Of a stretch of DNA of 64,000 nt, positions 58,182-64,000 are shown piece after piece. Made by a program: the position numbers and the translations under genes. Source of the stretch: Klebsormidium nitens (lineage: Eukaryota; Plantae; Klebsormidiophyceae); NCBI GenBank assembly GCA_000708835.1, contig DF237164.1:74226-138225 (forward strand), written 5' to 3'. The stretch's first letter is position 1. The number at the start of each line of letters is the position of its first letter. Under the pieces are notes generated by a model. That model did no database searches. It was not told the DNA's origin and saw nothing but the letters and a program-made list of their open reading frames with translations.

Positions 58182-61100
58182 ATGCACCAAGGGACGCGTG
58201 TTTCCAGGTACCGTGCGATAGCTCCTCGGCCCCTCCATGGGGAGCCCGTCAAGACGGAGGACAGCTCAAAGACACCGCAGGGTTCCGGGTCTACTTGCAG
58301 TGGCAGAACGACCCCCCACTTTGAGGGGCAGGATACCACAGGGAAGCAGGGAGTGAAAAGGGGGTGTAACTTTGAGCAGCCTGCGGCCAAGAGGATGAAG
58401 CGAGGGGACGCACAAGGTGAGAGCAGGGGGACAGTCTAGCCGGAGGTTCATTCTGGTCCACCATGTGTCAGAAGGGCGCACGTTTGAGGTGGGAAGTCGT
58501 TGTAATCCTTCACGTTTGATATGTTTGCCTGATGAAAAGAGGTGGCCGCAACTCCTTGAACGCAGCAGCAGAGAAAGGTTCGAGTAGAGAGTCAGAAAAG
58601 GACCAAAAAAACAGAGTTGGCCACCGTTGAGTAATTACCTGATTGCTGACGTGTTCAGTTGGCAGGTCGACAGCTCCTCTAAGCCTTCAAACGGAGCTCT
58701 TCAAAAGTAATGCCGCAAACATCTGGGTCATGGCCTAAGGACTCCCTTCGGCAACTTGAAGTTGTAGCCAGGCGTTTGTGCGATTCGATGAGCCCCTGGT
58801 TAGAATAGTGAAAAGGTCAGGTGAAACTAGAAGGACGAAGTAAAGATGCATCTAAGTCTGCCGCAAGTCTTGTCGCGCGTTGAGCCGGAGATGGTCACAA
58901 GGATTGCACTGCTTCCATAGCTTGACATCATCTGTTGACGCCTTCTTCACCTGTTGCAGTGGCGTCAATGAGGACTTTTGAGCTGCCCACGCCGATCGCC
59001 CTTCCCAGGACGCAGCCAGGGAGATTCGCAGCTGGGCCAGTGGAAACCAAGAACTCCAGGTTAGTCAAACAGAGTGCTTCTTGCAACTGGCGATGTCAAG
59101 TTCTGGGACTGAAAGAAAGTCGCAACTAAGGGATGTTCACTCCGTTGTCGATTAGTTGCACCCCTTTGTTGCTTGATGTGGCTCATCTTTTTGTCCTCTG
59201 TCTTGATTTCCCCACAGCTTTTCTGCAGCCTTCTGGTCACGAGCTCTTTTATGCGCGTGGATAAAACGACTCAAACCCCCCATGCGTGTCTCTCCCTCCC
59301 CCAGGTACATGCTCAACTTCCAGCCCCCCTTGCCCTTCTGCCCCACCGCCCCCGGCCCCGCTCAGGCCCCGTTTCCCCCTCCGACGTACCCAACTTCCAG
59401 CCTCAGCCGCTATCAGAGCAGCACCACAGGGCCCCCGTTACCCCTCCAGCACTTTCCCCCCTACAGCCAGGTCAACGGGGGCACAGTCCTGGGGGTTCCT
59501 GTCTCCCGCTCTCTTTCCGAGCAAGTCGTCCCGACCAATCACTTCCCGCCACGTCAGCAGCACTCGAGCCCCTGCCCCAGCGAGGGCGCAGTCACAACGG
59601 GGGGATTCAGCACGCCGCCCCTGCTGGTGGTCGCCCCACAAAACGGGTCTGCAAAGGCGAAGGGGGAGAAAGAGAAGGAGAAAGGCTCAGGGAAGCCCCG
59701 GGGCTTGGTGCCCATCGCCCCCAAGTCGGAGCCTTTGCGCCCGGCCCTGCCATCTTCTGGGGGGGTCCAGGCCTCTTTCCGAAGCTCGGGGGGGTTCCGG
59801 GTGTTTGGGGCGAAGGGATTCCCGCTGAAGCGTACGCCGATAAGCTACCCCCGGGCGCCACTTGTCCCACCAATTCAGGGGAAAGTCATCCGGGCGTGGC
59901 CAGTGAAACAAGAACCAGTCTCTGTGGCGTCGCCGTTCGCCAGAGGCAGGGGTTTTGCAGAGTCCAAGTCGCTCGGTTCCGGAGGCTCCGGGTTCCGGCA
60001 GTTTACCCGGCCAGAAACGAAACGGGGGGAGCCTTCCTCCGGGGAAAAGACGGTGGAGTTTCCGGCCCATGGGGGCTCGAGCCACAGCCCCGCAATTCTG
60101 GACAGTCTGTACTTAGAGCAGCTGTACGGGGCGTTTGTGGAACCGGTGATGGTCACCGACCCGGAGCATAAGCTTCTGTGGTCGAACCGGGCATTCCAGA
60201 GAGCGGCGGACGAAAACCAGGGCGGGTGTCTAGGGAAAACGAGCAAGGATGCGCTGCCGTCCGAGGGAGTGCCCAGAACGGGACCAGACAGCGACACAGC
60301 CGCCAAGAACCATGAAGCGGCCTTGAGCAATGAGTCTGGCGCAGGTTGCAAGTCTGCTTCAGAGGATGATACCAGTGGGCAGAGCGGATCCTTTCTGAGG
60401 AATGGATCCGCTCTTGACACTGCTTCTGTGCCCGGGAGCGATCAGAGGCTCAAGAACGAACCCATGTCAAAGAGCGGGGTGACAGCAGACAGTGCAGGAA
60501 ACGGCGCTCGGGAAGCCGAGTCGGAGATCCCCCAGACGCCTGCAAACAAGAGCGCTATCCCGGTCCCCATCTCCTCCATCCAGTACCAGGGCCCCTCAGA
60601 AACCCCTCCATGCGCCGCGATCCTCTGGGTGTTCCTCAAGCAGCCGGGGTTTCTCGCGGCGTCAGCGCCCCCCTCGTCAAAGCCCAACCCTTCGACTCCC
60701 GTCGCGGACGCGTCGTCACTGCTCGGCGGCGCCTCAGACGTCGTCTCCAAAGGGGACGACTCGTCGTCGGGGAGCTCGTCGTCGACCAACAGTTTTGCGA
60801 CCGCCACCTCTCAGGAGCGCCGCAAAAGTGCTCGAGGCAAGTCCCCGGGTGGGAGTGCCCCGGGTGTGAACGAGCCCCCGCTCAGGGTGGTAACGCCCCG
60901 GCCACTTCGCCCGGCCGGCTCGACGATTCGCTTCGAGGACATTGAGCCGCTCGCGAGCAATGCCTCCCTCGCGGTCAAGGGCAGCTTCGAGCTGATCAAG
61001 CGCCAGTTCGACCGGTGGTCCAGCCCGGTGATCCTCACCGACCTCAAGAACCGGGCGCGGTGGGTGAACGCCGCGTATAAGAAGCTTGTCGGGCAGCCCC

Positions 61101-61396
61101 CCTGCGCGTGGTCGGTCGACGGGAGCAACCTCGAGCAGCTGCGGCTGACGGGGGGCATCAGTATTGCGGGCTTGGAGGCATTGAAAACGCTCCCCGCGTC
61201 GCTGAAATGTACGGCGACCGTGAACTGGCCGGAGGGCGGGGAGGGTCGCCCCCTCGAGAGCTGCTGCATGGGGACGCGCATCGACAGCGTGGGGTCCGAA
61301 GTGCTGGGCTATTTGTGGCGGTTTGGGACGCCACTGAGCGGACAAACGGCTTCGGGAGCCGGGGAAAACGTCGCGCGGGGGAACGCGAGCGATTAA
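58182..61396 (+). CDS. Plant-specific DUF7950-like protein (R..IAP.P N-terminal motif; C-terminal PAS-like module)
   Basis: Exons 58182-58416, 58960-59059 and 59305-61396 join in frame. RYRAIAPRP lies near the N-terminus. The C-terminus reads VILTDLKNRARWVNAAYKKLVGQP..CAW...LP..LKCTATVNW...C..TRID....GYLWRF. Family assignment is from remembered motif similarity, not a search. Confidence 0.65.
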
Positions 61397-62966
61397 TGGG
61401 TAGACGGACGTGTGTATAAGACGACAGTAGAAGGACATACAAGGTGGCGCAGCGGCGGGGGCGCGCGGGTCCCGAAGTCGACCCGATAGCAAGGTGTGTA
61501 CATCTGTGAGATAAACACTAACGAGTGCGAGAACTAAGAAAGGTCTAGTCTAGAGAGAAGCTGTGCTTTCGGAGGCTAGAACCTGGACTTCCTGTGTAGA
61601 GTATGGCATACGCGTGTGAATGATCAGCATAGGCAGTCTCCTCCAGTTTGCCCGTCAAGAGCATGTTTCCTGCATCAAGGATTTGTGTGAGTAGTATAGC
61701 CGGCACGCGCAAGGTGAAATAGTTAGCAACAACAGTAGGCATCTGCATATAAGTGAGCTTGTGTTTGTGAGGTACGGTTTGGAACTGTGTGCGATCTGCA
61801 ATATTGTCAAAGGCGTTAAGCAGTGAGTAGGCTATGAATACTCAAGAAGATAGCAGGTTGAAGATTGTTGTAGGCTGAGATACTCTCAAGTCAACAGTCT
61901 GGAGAGCGTAGAGTGTAGAGCGGCAATAAAAGGATTTGTGTTTGATTGAGTTTTGAGTGGATTGTGAGACGAACCCTACAGAAGAAAGTGGACGAACACC
62001 GGAGTCCCACTGGAGCCAGCTAGGAACTGAAGTGCTGTTCCTCGAGCAGATTGGTTTCAGAGAATTGTTGCGGTTCAGCTATAAAATGCAAGCATGGTGG
62101 TTCATTGTGAGATGTGTCATGCACCACAGGCCGGACAATGAACGATGCACTCAGCTTGCAGCTGATTGAGCATGGCTACCGGTTCGAGTGTTGGTCAGTG
62201 CCTTAACCCTAGGGTTATGTCACTCAGGATATCCCTAGTTAAAAACTCGACTAGATGGAGGCGGTCGCACTGATGAAAAGGTTCATTGGCCGCATGGGTT
62301 TGCGGGCGCCAGCTGAGTCATATACATGCAACAATTATATGTGCTCGATCGTACCAGCTTCAAGGCTTCAGCGCTGGCCGGACTTGTGTGCAGAAAGATG
62401 CAATGCACATATATTCGCATGGCCTTCGGACGACTCGATTCTGCAAACATGCCAGACTTCATATACAAAATTATGACGCTGTATGAAACTAATTGCACGA
62501 GCTGCGAGGCGTTCTATTTTTAGCTCTTCGGATCCTTTACGAAAGCTTCTTTTGGGACGCGGTGATCGGCCATTTCAAATTTGCAGATTGACGGAGCACT
62601 ACACAGGAAATCTGATGCAGGCTGGATTCCAGTCGATAGTCTAGCTTCAAGTGTTACCTTCCGTCTAAGGATCCAAAAAAACCTAGTATGTGCCAATTCA
62701 CATCTAGACGTGCCTGCTCAACCAGTGATACTGGTATAGGTGAATGTCGAAACGTTCTGCGTTCAATTTAACGTACCTGATTATTTGAGAGCTAAAGGAG
62801 CATTTGCCTGAAAATCATACCCACACATCCTTCAACCATCGTTTACGAAACGCTCAGTACATCTCTCCTCCTACGGGTCTTGTGAACCTTGCTGGAAAAT
62901 TAGTGTGCTGCGATCTTCCAACCGCCTTCCACCGCACGGTTTCTTCAGCAGTACCCTGACGGTGCA

Positions 62967-63905
62967 TTATGCGATAGAGGACTCATGCCCAGGACTGCAT
63001 GGGTTAGACAGCCTTATGACCACAGAGAAGTCGTATAGCAGAAAGCCTGCCCCCCACCCCGAATCAGGTAACAGAAATAGCACGAGATAATTATCCGACA
63101 CGTTGCACCCCAGCTGCAGCGATGCTTCAAGGGGCGCAGAATCTTCATCGTCCGCAACTTTGATGATTCTGGCAGCTGTCAAGTAGAGCTTGCCCCGGCG
63201 AATCTCCAGTTTCTGGTGCCCAATTTCAGGACCTGCCCGATCGAGCAAAATCTCCACTTCCCCGTCCCTCTTGCGCATCAGCTTCCACGAAAATGTGATG
63301 ACGTCTGGCTGGCGCATCGGCTGCGCAAACCTCTCCGTTAGCTCTGTGGCAGGTGCTTTCTTGTCTCGACTCGGAGAAAGCCGTTCGTATTCACTCATTT
63401 TCTGCCTCATCAATGAAGATAATGTCCCTTGACGTACAACTTTGTGCGCTTCTCCCAGAATTGACCCGCAATCCTGCTCGCCATCCCGGCAGTTGGAGTC
63501 TCTGCAGCCGCGCAGCTCTCGTCCAAGCTCGCTGCTCTCGACTGAACAAAACAGAACCCCCTCGCCATTCAGATACACGTCCAGCAGCATGACAAAGTCA
63601 GAAAGGCCTTCCCTGTTGGTCTGGGACTCAAATTTCGGCCTCAGCTCTGCACACCGCTTGTCTGAAAGCCGTTGATACAGCTGCTTACAGTTGCGAGACT
63701 GCCGTGCACCATAGTGTGCTATCACCAGATCCTTTGCAGCTGATGTTGTTAGTGAGGGGCTATCCTGCTCGCACCACATCTTCCACAAGAGACTCCCGTC
63801 TACCAAGTCCCTCAGGGTGGTTGACAGAACGGCAAGCTTGCCAGCATCTTCCGGTGTCAGGAGGCCTAGCAGCTGGTCAAAGAGGTTATTGTCTAGTTCC
63901 TCCAT
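62967..63905 (-). CDS. F-box protein, plant-type
   Basis: 312-aa ORF with an N-terminal F-box-like region (LFDQLLGLLTPEDAGKLAVLSTTLRDLVDGSLLWKMWC). Downstream DFVMLLDVYLNG and ITFSWKLM resemble plant F-box C-terminal domains. A late intron cannot be excluded. Confidence 0.75.
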   Translation of the reverse strand: MEELDNNLFDQLLGLLTPEDAGKLAVLSTTLRDLVDGSLLWKMWCEQDSPSLTTSAAKDLVIAHYGARQSRNCKQLYQRLSDKRCAELRPKFESQTNREGLSDFVMLLDVYLNGEGVLFCSVESSELGRELRGCRDSNCRDGEQDCGSILGEAHKVVRQGTLSSLMRQKMSEYERLSPSRDKKAPATELTERFAQPMRQPDVITFSWKLMRKRDGEVEILLDRAGPEIGHQKLEIRRGKLYLTAARIIKVADDEDSAPLEASLQLGCNVSDNYLVLFLLPDSGWGAGFLLYDFSVVIRLSNPCSPGHESSIA

Positions 63906-64000
63906 CAGCTTTGCCGCAATGTGATCAAAGCCGTGTGTGCCGATTACCTGTGCTTCTTCTGAGCGCGAGTCTGGTGATTGTGATTGTGCTAGTGCGTTAT

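Noticed and set aside
59173-61492. Multiple long overlapping ORFs on both strands around the DUF7950-like exon
   Set aside because: They are expected in GC-rich coding DNA. Only the 704-codon frame has family motifs and splice-phase support.

Overview
Eukaryotic, intron-rich, GT-AG spliced genomic DNA. Plant-type genes (ADF with an ATG-only first exon, organellar oligopeptidase A, a plant-type F-box, a DUF7950-like protein) sit beside motile-flagellum genes (RSPH9, CCDC61/VFL3). This points to a flagellated streptophyte alga, Klebsormidium-like (inference, not verified). Gene order: RBM25-like (+, 5' partial); alpha-tubulin (-) head-to-head with beta-tubulin 1 (+); a possible degenerate (-) gene; oligopeptidase A (+); two unrecognised spliced (-) genes; CCDC61 (+); RSPH9 (+); beta-tubulin 2 (-) head-to-head with ADF (+); TVP38/TMEM64-like (-); DUF7950-like (+); F-box (-). 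No tRNA, rRNA, CRISPR array or intact transposase was recognised. The most unusual signals are three. (1) Many exon-intron boundaries of the oligopeptidase and RSPH9 genes are followed or preceded by tandem 'echo' copies of the splice junction, and several arrays decay with distance. (2) The two inverted beta-tubulin genes show a 5'-to-3' gradient of exon homogenisation while their introns are unrelated; the identical tract stops at the codon separating an EGEF from an EGEY C-terminal tail. (3) Six cytoskeletal or flagellar genes cluster within about 47 kb. All coordinates and counts were derived by hand and may be off by a few bases.
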